Positions 25,619 to 36,200 of a DNA stretch of 64,000 nt are shown here, piece by piece. Position numbers and translations under genes: made by a program. The notes beneath the pieces are model-generated. The model saw nothing but the letters and a program-made list of their open reading frames with translations, was not told the origin of the DNA and ran no database searches. This stretch comes from a virus, in the IMG/VR virus record IMGVR_UViG_3300016471_001099, positions 32,001 to 96,000 of that record, one strand, 5' to 3'. The number at the start of each line of letters is the position of its first letter. Position 1 is the first letter of the stretch.

Positions 25619-27398
25619 GACCGGAGCACCAACCGTAAAAATCGGCGACGACGGCCAGGTGCTTCAATGCGCCAAGGGAGTCGAGCTATCGGCATGTGGT
25701 TACAAATCGGGTGACTCCGTGTGCGCCGCGTGCGGCGCAACGGCGGTAGAGGTGAAAATGTGGAACGAGGGCGATGGCATGGATCAGAACTGGCCCCCCA
25801 AAAAGAAACGCAAGAAGAAGCCAATGATGCAGGAGGGCATGGAGGAAGATTCCGATGAATACATGTCGGAAAAAGCAGCCCTCTACGGAGCTCCCCCAAC
25901 GAGAGCATACGGAGATTTCGTTGACGACGAAGAGCTAGGAATCGAACAAGAGGACGAGGAGATGGCGGACGAGGAGATGGCGGACGAGGAGATGGAAACC
26001 TTCGAGCCCCAAATGGAAGACCCGGACGAGGAGATGATGGACGAAGAGTTGCCGACCGCGATGGCAAGAGGTCGGGCTCCGATGATGAAAAGCGGGTACA
26101 TAGAAGACCCGGATGCCATGGATCTGACCCTCGACGAGGAGGACGAAGAAGACGGTCTAGAGGAAATGATGGACGAGCCCAACGAGGAGGAGATGGAAGA
26201 AGACTCCGAACAAATGGGTTACGGGATGTACGAAAAGTCCGACTACGAGGACCTACGACTCCAGACCCTCGGATTCAAACAGGGAGAAATGGGCGACAAT
26301 CCATTCGTCTGCGCCATAGAGCGAAAAGTGTATCCGGCCAATTCCCCGGTGTGCGAAAACTGCCCAGGCGGATGCGTCAAGGAAGGCGATATGCCGGCGC
26401 TACTACAGATAGAAGGCGTGGCGGAGGACATGTTCCGTGGAAAAGTTCTGGATTCCGGATACTCGGATAAGGCGGATATTTTCGTCGTTGACGTCGAGCG
26501 CAAGGACGGAAAACCGGTCGAAGCGTTCTTTGACGGAACCACCGGTGAGTGCATGGGATGGCACCTCCTGAACGACGAAGTTCTGAACGTTAAGTCGGGA
26601 TTCCAGCCGACTCAAATGATCGGTTTCTCCGAAGCGGCGCAGATAGCCACAAAGAGCATCAACGGCGACGTTGTTTCGGTCGAGGCCGACGTCTTCGAGG
26701 GGTTCGACAGTTACGCGGTTGAAATAGAGGGCGTCGACGGCAAGTCGTACGACGTTTTCGTCTCCCTGGACGGCGAAGTTCTCGGCTACGACACCTATAC
26801 GCAACAGGAGGCCTTCGCAATAGAGTCCGAGGCTGCCGAGATAGCGCTCAAGCGCGCGTACGGCGACGACGTCAGGAAGCAAATGGCTGAGCGCGGCGAC
26901 GCCATGGAGGACGGAGAGATGCCGATAGTCAACGATTCCGACCTGCGCAACGCGATCATGGCTTGGCCGCGTTCCAAGAAGCGAACTGAGGCAAAAAACC
27001 ACATCATGGCGAGAGCCAAAGCCCTCGGTCTAGAGAAGTCCCTGCCGGACGAATGGTTGCATGAAAAGAAACAAAACGAAGAAGCCAAGGGCGACGCGAA
27101 TTTCCTGTCGAGTTTGGCGGAGTTCGAGATTCTTTCCACCGAAGTTTCTTCGACCGAGCCGGACTACGACAACGACATCTACTTCAAGAAAATGTTCAGC
27201 GAGGAGCGTCGTAGCGAGTTGGCCAAGGGCGGAATGGCGCTTCCCGACGGCTCGTATCCGATAGAGAACGAATCCGATCTCAAAAACGCGATTCAGGCGT
27301 TCGGAAGAGCCAAGGACAAGGAAGCCGCCAAGGCGCACATAACGAAGCGCGCGAAGGCGCTAGGAAAAGAAGATCTGATTCCGGAAAACTGGAAGTAA
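25608..27398 (+). CDS. Acidic head-associated protein: Cys clusters, two PepSY-like domains, two DUF6582-like repeats
   Basis: IGFSEAAQIA...GDVVSVE.....Y.VEIEG.DGKSYDVFVSLDGEVL is PepSY-like. Twin repeats of A.PDGSYPI.N.SDL.NAI.A..R.K...AK.HI..RAKALG...P..W. DUF name recalled from memory. Confidence 0.7.
   Translation: MEPETGAPTVKIGDDGQVLQCAKGVELSACGYKSGDSVCAACGATAVEVKMWNEGDGMDQNWPPKKKRKKKPMMQEGMEEDSDEYMSEKAALYGAPPTRAYGDFVDDEELGIEQEDEEMADEEMADEEMETFEPQMEDPDEEMMDEELPTAMARGRAPMMKSGYIEDPDAMDLTLDEEDEEDGLEEMMDEPNEEEMEEDSEQMGYGMYEKSDYEDLRLQTLGFKQGEMGDNPFVCAIERKVYPANSPVCENCPGGCVKEGDMPALLQIEGVAEDMFRGKVLDSGYSDKADIFVVDVERKDGKPVEAFFDGTTGECMGWHLLNDEVLNVKSGFQPTQMIGFSEAAQIATKSINGDVVSVEADVFEGFDSYAVEIEGVDGKSYDVFVSLDGEVLGYDTYTQQEAFAIESEAAEIALKRAYGDDVRKQMAERGDAMEDGEMPIVNDSDLRNAIMAWPRSKKRTEAKNHIMARAKALGLEKSLPDEWLHEKKQNEEAKGDANFLSSLAEFEILSTEVSSTEPDYDNDIYFKKMFSEERRSELAKGGMALPDGSYPIENESDLKNAIQAFGRAKDKEAAKAHITKRAKALGKEDLIPENWK
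25953..25995 (+). repeat. 15-bp tandem repeat GACGAGGAGATGGCG, about 2.9 copies (DEEMA)
   Basis: Read directly from the sequence. Confidence 0.9.
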
Positions 27399-27410
27399 GG
27401 AAGAATCGAG

Positions 27411-30400
27411 GTGACGCGCCTCGAACGACACCTCAGAAAAAGTCCGGGCCAAAAATCCCTAGGACCCAGGATCGGCGACGATGGTCGCGACATGAATCCG
27501 TTCACGGCGCGCGACGCCGACGCGGATCTCGTGGTGCTCGAGGACATACCGACGGTCAACCTCGGAAGAGGCGTGCCGGATCCGACTCCGGGCGGGGTGT
27601 CCGAGCCTTTTTTCTCGGCAACCGACAGAAATTTTGCCGTCGCCGCGATGTCCGGAGGCAAAAAAAATACCCAGCGGCTTGACCCCATCGACGCTGGCAA
27701 TCCAAACGGTTACTTCCCGATGCAATACGGGCCCATGTGGAAGAACACGAACTTTACGGCCCTGAACGTGGCGCCTCGGTCGAGGCGGAACGTGGCCCCG
27801 GCGTCAATAAACGGATATCTTCACGCCGAATGGACGGAGGGATACTGGGACGCCGTAAAGGACGAAACGGGCGTGTGGAACGTCCCGCCACCGCCGGAAA
27901 TGGAAGTGGAGAGGGCGATTTACGACGCACTAAAACGAGAGACCGTCGAGGTCGGAGGATACGGAGTTCCGTTCCCCAAATATCCCAAACCGGAAAATTA
28001 CGGCGAGTACGTCGGCGCGACGGGGAATAGGCGAAGATATCTCCGTCCGTCGCTTTCGTTTCCGATGAAAAAAACGACGGGGGAAAAAGTTTCGTGGAGG
28101 GACGGAGATCCGCTGTATCACGGAACTCCGACGGGTCTCCTACCCAAAATACTCAAAGAGGGTTTGGTGGGCGATTCGGATCGCTGGGTTTGGTTGGCCA
28201 CCACCCCTTCCGCATGGAACGACGAGTTCCCGATTTACGGGGATTTTCGCAAGGTAAACGCCAAGGGAATGTCGATGCTCAGGATTTCTCCGACCGACGA
28301 AATGAACGAGGCAATGGGAAAGATAGCAGGGTTGATGAACGACGGAGTCGAGCCAGGCCCCGGACTCGGCATGGTCGTGGTCGACGAAAACGGAGAATCT
28401 GTGTCGGCGAGGGATTTCGGAGCCGGCAAGGGGTACGCTTCGGCCAGCAATTCGGGCACGGCCATATTCAAATCCGTCGTCGTACCTCCCGAAAACATAG
28501 AGGTCCTAAATCAACGCGGTCAATGGATACCGATAGCCAAGGCGGATTTTTCCGACATAATTTTTGATTCTCCGAAAAACGAAGAAGTAGAAGCCGGCAT
28601 GTCGTTCGACAAGCGAAGCATCATGAGAATGGTGAACGACATAACCTCGAGAAAAAAAGACAAAGAAGAGCGCGAGGAACCGCGTAGGGAAACCCCTACA
28701 CAAGAACCGACCCAGATCGTCCTCGGCTTGCCGCGGCAACCGCCACAAATAGGTTATTCGGACTCGTACGGCGGCGACGACGTGATCAAACGCGAGCAGA
28801 GAATGCAGAGGATAGAGCACGAGGGGATGGCCGGGTCGGGAATGTGGAGGGAAATTCACTCCGATCACTACGACTGGTGGGCGTATCCGATAGACCGCGG
28901 TAGCGCCGCCTACGGAGAAACTTTCAACGTCGCTGGAGAACCTCTGGAAAGATTGCGCAACGATCCCGAATTTCTCAGCAGCTTGGCCAGGGAAATAGAG
29001 ATACAGGCCCTCGCTCTCGGGTGGTCTTTGCGAGAAGGAAAATTCCTGGACGAACTTGACTGGGAAAAAGGACAGGATTGGAGAAAGGCGTATCCGACCC
29101 GTTTTTGGAAAATGACCAGATCGGCCCAAATATTCGGACTAGAGGACGAATTCGAGTCCTTGTTGGTTCTTCAGCAATCCCTGGAGGACGCCGGAATAAA
29201 TTTCAATCACTCCACTTATTGGGCGAATCCCGGAACGGTTGACGACGTTCCACCGATAGACAGCGCTTATCAAAAGAGGACGGATACGGCGCGCTTCCCG
29301 GCAAGCGATTCGGCGTCGTGGACGGATCCGTTCTGGCAGCCTTCGCCGAGAAATGAAAGCGTCTCGCCTTCGGCGTCCCCAACCGAAACCGACGAAGAAA
29401 AGTTGATTTACGACGCGTACGACAACTTCCAGGAAAATTTTGTTTTCCCGACACTTTCCGACGCCGAAGAATTGGCCGATCTGTTGTCCGAGCCGGACGA
29501 CGTAATCGAGTTCGGTTACCCATACGAAAAAATACCCAAGGAAGACAGGCAGACGATCGCCGACGACATATATTTCGCAATATCGCTTCTCATGGACGGA
29601 GTGTTCCCCGACGAGGAAGAGACAGACAGAATCGAGTCGGCCGCGCAAATGCGAAAATACGCCGACGAAGCCGAGGGCCTGTATCCAGACGACGGCGACA
29701 TTTTGTACTCCCTCGCCGACGTGCTCGAGGACCCGGAATTACTGAACGACGAGGCAATCGTGTCCGAGGATACCGAAGCGGGAATGGCAAGGCGGATGAG
29801 GGCGCTCGACGAGGGAATAAGTTCGGACGACTTGTCCCTTGACGATCCGGAAATACAAAATCTCATAGAGTCGGAATCCGACGCGGCAACCGAGGATTTC
29901 CTGCTTGGCAGATCGCTTTCCAGGATCATATATCCTTCTTTGGATTTTCCGAACAAAATACCAAAAGGAACACCACGACCGGTTCGTCAATTTTCCTTGA
30001 ATCAGGAGATACCGGAAGAAATTTTGGCGGAATTCGCCCTTTTGTGGGGCGACGACGTGTCGTTCGTAGATATAACCGAGAGGATGAACCTTTCTCCCGA
30101 AGACGCAGTTTCGATTCAAACCGAACTTTTTAGATCAGGACGAATAGCCAGCAGAACGAGATCTCGGGAGTCGCGCGCCCCCGTTCGTTTGTCGCCGGAA
30201 AACGAAGACGCTTTCATTCAGTGGCACAGGGAGGGGGCGAGCAGGGAGTTGCTGGAATCAATTTTCGAATTAACCCCCCGTCAATATGCGAGCATTGTCG
30301 GGGACCTGAGAAACCGGAGGTTGATAGCGAGCCCAATTGCCAAACAGTACTTTTCCGATGACGACGTAAGACGATTCAACTCCATACGAGAAAGGGCGCT

Positions 30401-33011
30401 AAAGGAGGGCGGCCAACTGACCGGTCCGACGGCCACGATAAAACAAACGATAATGCGAGAAATGAATCTTGACGAAACTCAATATATTTTGCTGAAGAGA
30501 AAAGCGCAATATGCCAAACAAAATCCCGAAAGGGTCGCCGAGTCGATTGACAACTCGCTGTCGGAATCAGCCGATTCGCCCGAAACAACGTCGCCGTCGG
30601 CGAACAATTTCTTCAACGAAAGAGACATTAGGCGATTCGCCGAAATGTACAACGACGAAGAATTTTCGGGAACGATAAGACGATCCATGAATATGTCCGA
30701 GGGCGATTACCGCCGACTTTACATAGCCGCCAAGCGTCGCGGTCTAATAACCCCGAGACCGCTGAAAGGTACGTTGCGCGGGCCGACAAAAGCAACAATC
30801 GAAGATTTTGAACGTTTCGTTCAGCTTTATAACGACGGGAACAAGAGATCCGAAATAATGAATGAAATGGGAATTTCGGCGAGCAAATACGGAACTCTAT
30901 ACGCCTCGGCCAGAAAATCAGGCCGCGTAGAAAGTCCGCTGGTTACGAGAACCAACATAACGCAGGAGCAATTGGATGCGTTCGTTTCGGAATGGAACGC
31001 CGGCTCCTCGTTGCAGTACATTGTCAAGCAACAAAAATTGACCTTGGAAAAAGCTAAAAGTATTTTCAGGAAAGCCCGTTCAATGGGTTTGGTACGACCG
31101 AGGAAAAGGGGTCGCAAGAGGCAACCAAGATTCGGCACGGAAGAATTATTTACGCAAGCCGTGGATATGTTTTCTCGCTTGTACGCGGAGGGGCAATCGA
31201 GACTCGAAATAAGGAAACGAATGCGACTTTCCAAATCCCAGTACGCGGACGTCTACAAAGAGGCCAAGCGAAGGAATTTGATAACCCCCAGGCTCCCGGG
31301 GCGCCCCCGACGCAACAACATTGGTTCCGTCGCGCAACCGCAAGAAACGTCCGACGACACCGAAGCCGGCATGTCCTCGGCGTTGGTGAAACGAGCCACC
31401 GACGAAGACGCTCAAATCGATTTGCTGTATTCCGTTCCCGCCGTATCGGGGAGATTGAGAATGTTGGGAGTCGACGGATCTCCGATCGCCATCGGAAGAA
31501 ACAGCCTCATGAAACCTTATTTTTTGGCTCCGCACGTAGACGTAAACAAAATGGATCCATCCGATCCGGTCATGCAACTTTTGTCCCCGGCTTTGAAACG
31601 AGCCGGACTCGGTTCGTATCCCGTGGACGGGCACGTCGTTCCGAAAATACAGGGACCGGTAGTGAGGGATTTCGCGGACAGATTCGTCGGGCCGATGGCC
31701 GTGGCAAACGCCGTGTCCGGAACTTTCCCGTCCGCCGACGAAATGCTCACGATTTACGCCATCAACGCGCTGATCAGGGCGAGGGCGGAGTTCCTGTCCG
31801 ATTCGACGATGACTGCCGATCAGGTGAATACGGCGATATTGAACGGCGTACAAGTCGGTCGCAGGCTCGACGGCGGCGACGACATGGGTGGTTCGTTGTG
31901 GAAACCCGGTCGCGATTCGGCGAGAAGTTCCGATCTGACGACAAATACGAGACCCGACGGCGGCGACTACGAACCGCGATTCTCGGGGACCATAGATCCG
32001 TTCGCGTATTTCACCGGGCGAAGCGATTTTCTCTGGAGCGTGATAGACGCGATGCCCGAGTCCGTCAAATCCAAGCTTGCGCCGTACCTCACTAAACGAC
32101 GTCACGCATCATCGTGGGAGGACGTTTCATTTTTCGAGGACATAGAGATACGGGAGGACGACAAAGTGTCAAGAAACCTCGCCCCCATGGTCAGGTCGCA
32201 GGCGGAGTCGGCGATAAGGCACGCCAGGGAGCATCAAAACATAACCAGGAAATGGGCGCAAACGGCCTACGACCTGATGAGGGAATCCGGATTGAACGAC
32301 GACGAAATTGCCTACGTGATAAACGAGCACTGGGTGGTGGCCGCTGGTTTTCCGCTGGATTCCGTTCGTCCGGGTTCGGTGCTGGGCGCCGCCGCCAGAC
32401 TCGGAGTCAAGGCGTTTTCGGCGAGATATTCGCCGATAACCAAAGTCGACGGGCGCGGGGAGGAAGAAGATTACGGATTGCACGAGTTCTTCCATCATTA
32501 TCTGGGTCAGGGTTTTACGAGGCACGGGGAATACGTCGCCTTCAGGGGACCGATGGACGTATCCGATTCTTACCACGGTCATCTCCAGTGGGCATGGAAC
32601 GTCCACGGACAATTGGGGATGTTCGTATCGAAGGTAATGCGCGAGTCGTTCGGGCGACGGGGCGACCAGATGGCCGACGAAGCGTCGGCCCAGCGGGACG
32701 AATCCGAAGCTCTATTCAATTCTATTTCCAGGGCGATTTACGACAGGCTGAAAAGCATGCTCGCCTCCCCCGACGAAAAGATGGCTATTTTCTCCCAGGT
32801 TTTCCCGGAATTGATTGACGCGGATTCCGAAGACGAGGCAAAGATAAAGGAACTGATACGCAGACAATTCGCCGTCAGAGCCGGAGTCGGTCGTTTTTTC
32901 AACGAAAATATCCCCGTTCTCAGGTTGATGACGGCAAAAGATTTTCTGGTTCCCAGGGAGTATTGGCCATACGGCGGTGCGAGTAAAATACTCTACGAGG
33001 AAACGACATGA
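27411..33011 (+). CDS. 1866-aa multidomain protein: DPTP module, ART-like domain, HYDWW domain, HTH array, HExxH peptidase-like domain
   Basis: GTG start; motifs LYHGT..L..IL.EGL, HYDWWAYP, seven HTH-like repeats and HEFFH; three EAGM sites. Confidence 0.75.
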   Translation: MTRLERHLRKSPGQKSLGPRIGDDGRDMNPFTARDADADLVVLEDIPTVNLGRGVPDPTPGGVSEPFFSATDRNFAVAAMSGGKKNTQRLDPIDAGNPNGYFPMQYGPMWKNTNFTALNVAPRSRRNVAPASINGYLHAEWTEGYWDAVKDETGVWNVPPPPEMEVERAIYDALKRETVEVGGYGVPFPKYPKPENYGEYVGATGNRRRYLRPSLSFPMKKTTGEKVSWRDGDPLYHGTPTGLLPKILKEGLVGDSDRWVWLATTPSAWNDEFPIYGDFRKVNAKGMSMLRISPTDEMNEAMGKIAGLMNDGVEPGPGLGMVVVDENGESVSARDFGAGKGYASASNSGTAIFKSVVVPPENIEVLNQRGQWIPIAKADFSDIIFDSPKNEEVEAGMSFDKRSIMRMVNDITSRKKDKEEREEPRRETPTQEPTQIVLGLPRQPPQIGYSDSYGGDDVIKREQRMQRIEHEGMAGSGMWREIHSDHYDWWAYPIDRGSAAYGETFNVAGEPLERLRNDPEFLSSLAREIEIQALALGWSLREGKFLDELDWEKGQDWRKAYPTRFWKMTRSAQIFGLEDEFESLLVLQQSLEDAGINFNHSTYWANPGTVDDVPPIDSAYQKRTDTARFPASDSASWTDPFWQPSPRNESVSPSASPTETDEEKLIYDAYDNFQENFVFPTLSDAEELADLLSEPDDVIEFGYPYEKIPKEDRQTIADDIYFAISLLMDGVFPDEEETDRIESAAQMRKYADEAEGLYPDDGDILYSLADVLEDPELLNDEAIVSEDTEAGMARRMRALDEGISSDDLSLDDPEIQNLIESESDAATEDFLLGRSLSRIIYPSLDFPNKIPKGTPRPVRQFSLNQEIPEEILAEFALLWGDDVSFVDITERMNLSPEDAVSIQTELFRSGRIASRTRSRESRAPVRLSPENEDAFIQWHREGASRELLESIFELTPRQYASIVGDLRNRRLIASPIAKQYFSDDDVRRFNSIRERALKEGGQLTGPTATIKQTIMREMNLDETQYILLKRKAQYAKQNPERVAESIDNSLSESADSPETTSPSANNFFNERDIRRFAEMYNDEEFSGTIRRSMNMSEGDYRRLYIAAKRRGLITPRPLKGTLRGPTKATIEDFERFVQLYNDGNKRSEIMNEMGISASKYGTLYASARKSGRVESPLVTRTNITQEQLDAFVSEWNAGSSLQYIVKQQKLTLEKAKSIFRKARSMGLVRPRKRGRKRQPRFGTEELFTQAVDMFSRLYAEGQSRLEIRKRMRLSKSQYADVYKEAKRRNLITPRLPGRPRRNNIGSVAQPQETSDDTEAGMSSALVKRATDEDAQIDLLYSVPAVSGRLRMLGVDGSPIAIGRNSLMKPYFLAPHVDVNKMDPSDPVMQLLSPALKRAGLGSYPVDGHVVPKIQGPVVRDFADRFVGPMAVANAVSGTFPSADEMLTIYAINALIRARAEFLSDSTMTADQVNTAILNGVQVGRRLDGGDDMGGSLWKPGRDSARSSDLTTNTRPDGGDYEPRFSGTIDPFAYFTGRSDFLWSVIDAMPESVKSKLAPYLTKRRHASSWEDVSFFEDIEIREDDKVSRNLAPMVRSQAESAIRHAREHQNITRKWAQTAYDLMRESGLNDDEIAYVINEHWVVAAGFPLDSVRPGSVLGAAARLGVKAFSARYSPITKVDGRGEEEDYGLHEFFHHYLGQGFTRHGEYVAFRGPMDVSDSYHGHLQWAWNVHGQLGMFVSKVMRESFGRRGDQMADEASAQRDESEALFNSISRAIYDRLKSMLASPDEKMAIFSQVFPELIDADSEDEAKIKELIRRQFAVRAGVGRFFNENIPVLRLMTAKDFLVPREYWPYGGASKILYEETT

Positions 33012-33220
33012 TCGAACGAACGGAAATGGTGGACAAAGCTTTCAAATCCGCTTTGCGAATAGTCGCATCCGACGAGGCGTTGAACTCGATCGGAGAGGCG
33101 CTCTCGGCCGATTCGACGGACCCCGACGACCCTTTTCTTCCCGACGCAGAGTCTGAGTGGTCGGAGATCGTCGATGCCAGAAAACCGAAAACCGCTCCCT
33201 ACGGCGATACCAGTAGCTAA
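33008..33220 (+). CDS. Small acidic hypothetical protein
   Basis: ATGA overlap with the upstream stop; 70 aa. Confidence 0.65.
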   Translation: MIERTEMVDKAFKSALRIVASDEALNSIGEALSADSTDPDDPFLPDAESEWSEIVDARKPKTAPYGDTSS

Positions 33221-33232
33221 GGACAATACGTC

Positions 33233-33238
33233 TATAAT
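33233..33238 (+). promoter_or_regulatory. Putative -10 element (TATAAT)
   Basis: Perfect hexamer in an AT-rich intergenic gap 50 nt before ATG 33289. Confidence 0.4.
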
Positions 33239-33288
33239 TGTTTAGTAATTGTCAAATCCCGTCCCCGGGAATAGAGGATTCAAGGCAA

Positions 33289-36200
33289 ATGTCGCCAACC
33301 CCGTTCAACCTTCCGCTAAACGCAAAAATCGTCGCCAAACACGGGACGACCTCCGTTTACTCGCTGAAGGACGGAAGATTGGCTTTCGTCGATTACGAAA
33401 AACAGAGAATGTTTCTGGACGGGAGCAGGAATTTCGGTTCGGAAATTTACGGATCGGGGCACAATTCGTCGTGGGCCGACGAAAGACTCGCGTCGGTGGC
33501 CAGAAAGGGCGGGTCCGACGCCCTGATCAGGGTTAAGGCCGTCAAGCCAAAACAATCGGCGATGCCTCCGTCGGAATCGGGATACGAGGAGGAGGAAATC
33601 CCAGACACGAATTTCACCAGGGCAATGAGATTCATACCGCAGGCTTTTTTGAATTGGGCGAAAACATACAAGCCGGGCGACCAGTTGCCGATCATCCCCC
33701 CAGGGTACGGCGACAAACGTCTGTGCGACCGTTCCGTAAGCAACGACTCCTATTCGCAATCCGGGGTGACGGTTGACGACGTCGTAAAGGAGACTTTGTC
33801 GGCCATGGGATTTCCCGACATAAATCCCGATTTGGCCTTTGCTCCAGAACCAGAAACAAAAAGCATGCCGAAATTCGAGCAGAAGGGAATTTTGGGTCGC
33901 GAAATAAGGGACATGGCCCACAACATAGCCGACTCGATCCTCAGCGCCAGGGGCCTGTGGCGCGACGAATTGAACAAGATTCGTTGCGGATCGGGTCCGA
34001 ACGCGAACAGGTTCACCGACATTTTCGGCACAGGTTGCGACGTCCCGGGAGCTGACATGGCCGGAAACATCGTGGGGATGATTCGCTCCGGCGACGAAAT
34101 TCCGGGCCCGGTAGACGACGTTGCTGGAAAATTAGAGGGAGCGCGCGAGCAAATATCAGACGGTATTAACGGAACCGAAACCCCCGGAGAACGCGGCAGC
34201 CTGAGGGATTTTCTTTCGGCGAAATTGACCGGCGTCAGGGGCGGTCACACTCCGCACATAGAAGGCGACAGTCCGATGACGGATTTTGACCCGGCCGCCG
34301 GTATGGGTACGGCAACGCCGGCGAGACCCTCCGAAAGATGGAAGTTCATGGGTCTTAGATCGCTCGTCAACAGGAACAAGGCGCGCGAAAGAAAAAAGAA
34401 GATGGAGGAATCCGCCGCGAAAGCGAAGCGGGAATATTCGGAATTTCTGTCTAGTGACGATTACCGCAGATGGGAGGCGGATTTCGTTAGGACCAGGGGA
34501 AGGCTTCCGAATGCAGGAGAAAAAATACACCAGTACGCATTGCACCTCGGTTACGAAAGCCCCGTCGAGGGGGGAACTTTCATGGGATTGGCGGATACAT
34601 CGTCGACCGATGCGTCCAAGACGCACCACGAAGCGATGGTCGACGAAATACTCAACGACTCTCGCTTGTGGCCGTTCGGTATCGGGTACGAAAGCGATAG
34701 GAAGATAGCCGCCAAGCGCAAGGAAATAGAGGACAACTTGGAGGAATACTATTTGATGACGCTCCATTCCGCGTACAACGCCGGAGGACCGAAACAAATA
34801 GAAGTGGTCAGGCCGGACGGAACCAAAGAAATGGTCGACAATCCGGAGCACAAGGAGCGTTTCATTTCGGCCGTACCAGGGTATTTCAGGATCAAACAAC
34901 CTGGCGATCCGATGAGCAGCAATCATCTCGCCGACGCCATAGCAGTCACTTCGGTGAATAATTTTTGGTCCGGTGACGGAGGGCCGGATGTGGTCGGGTT
35001 CGTCGGAAGCTCTGGTGCTCGTTTTGATCCTCGCACGGGTCTTCCGATTACCCCAACAACTACTTCGGCAGGATTCCCGCGACCCACCCCGGGAACCGGA
35101 GAACTCACACCCGGTCCGGTTTCCAGCGTCGATCGCGGCAGCGCACCACTGTGGGCTCGCGGAACAAACACTCCGTTCCAATTCACCATAACCCTGGACC
35201 CGATGTGGTTCGGAAGCCGCGACTACCAGAACCAAAAGATAAAGGGATTCGGCATGAATCACCTCGGAATGGAGTTGAGCAGAGAGTCTTTTCTCATGCA
35301 CACTGCCGACCACGAACTGAATCACGTGGACGATTTCTCCTGGAGGTTGGGCCAAAAATTGGGTTTTGAATCGCAGTCGGAATGGATGGACAGACTGAGG
35401 CTTCAAAAATTCATACCGTCGAGTAGGAGTTGGGAAAACGTAATAGACCTGAGAAAAGACGCAAAGTACGGAACTTATCTTCACGATCAAATAAAAGAGC
35501 TCGACGCGGTTCTCAATCGTCCCGGAGTTTCCGATTGGGAAAAAATGGACGCTTTGTGGGAATTTTATTTGAGAAATATCAATTTCAATTCCGAAGTCGA
35601 ATCTAAATACGCGCGATGGTTGAGCGGAGACTATAGGCGTGGAGCGGGCGGTGCTCGCCTGTCCAAGGAGGCGATAGCCCAAAAACTGCAGGAAATACGC
35701 GACAACCTGTTGGCTCGCGGTTACGGAGAGGAAACCGGCGTTCCGCAAATGAATTTCTGGAGAGACATGATAGACACCCTGACGGGAGTCTGGAATCCGA
35801 CGACGAGAACCTTCGAGGGAACCAAACCGCTAAACATAGTGAGTCTCCTCATAGGTGATAGGAGAATGGATCCGAGCGGAGTCATTCCCGGCGGACAGGC
35901 GCGCCTAGACAACATGGCATCGAACTTGTTGGCGGGATTCATCGGCGGCACGTACTCCGGCGAAAGCGACTGGGAATTCGCCGCCGAATTGAGAACCCAC
36001 CTGAACAAACGCGGGGCGCTACAAGACATCAGGGAATTTTTGGCGGATTCGGATCGCAATATACATAATTTGGACGAGTCGGATTTCATGACACTCGTCG
36101 CCAAATACGTGGGCGAAGAGGAGGTTTACAGACTTTACGGAGAAACCGCGCCACCGAACCGTTTTGCTCCTTTTCACCGTGATCCGGGCGGTCCCGGAGG

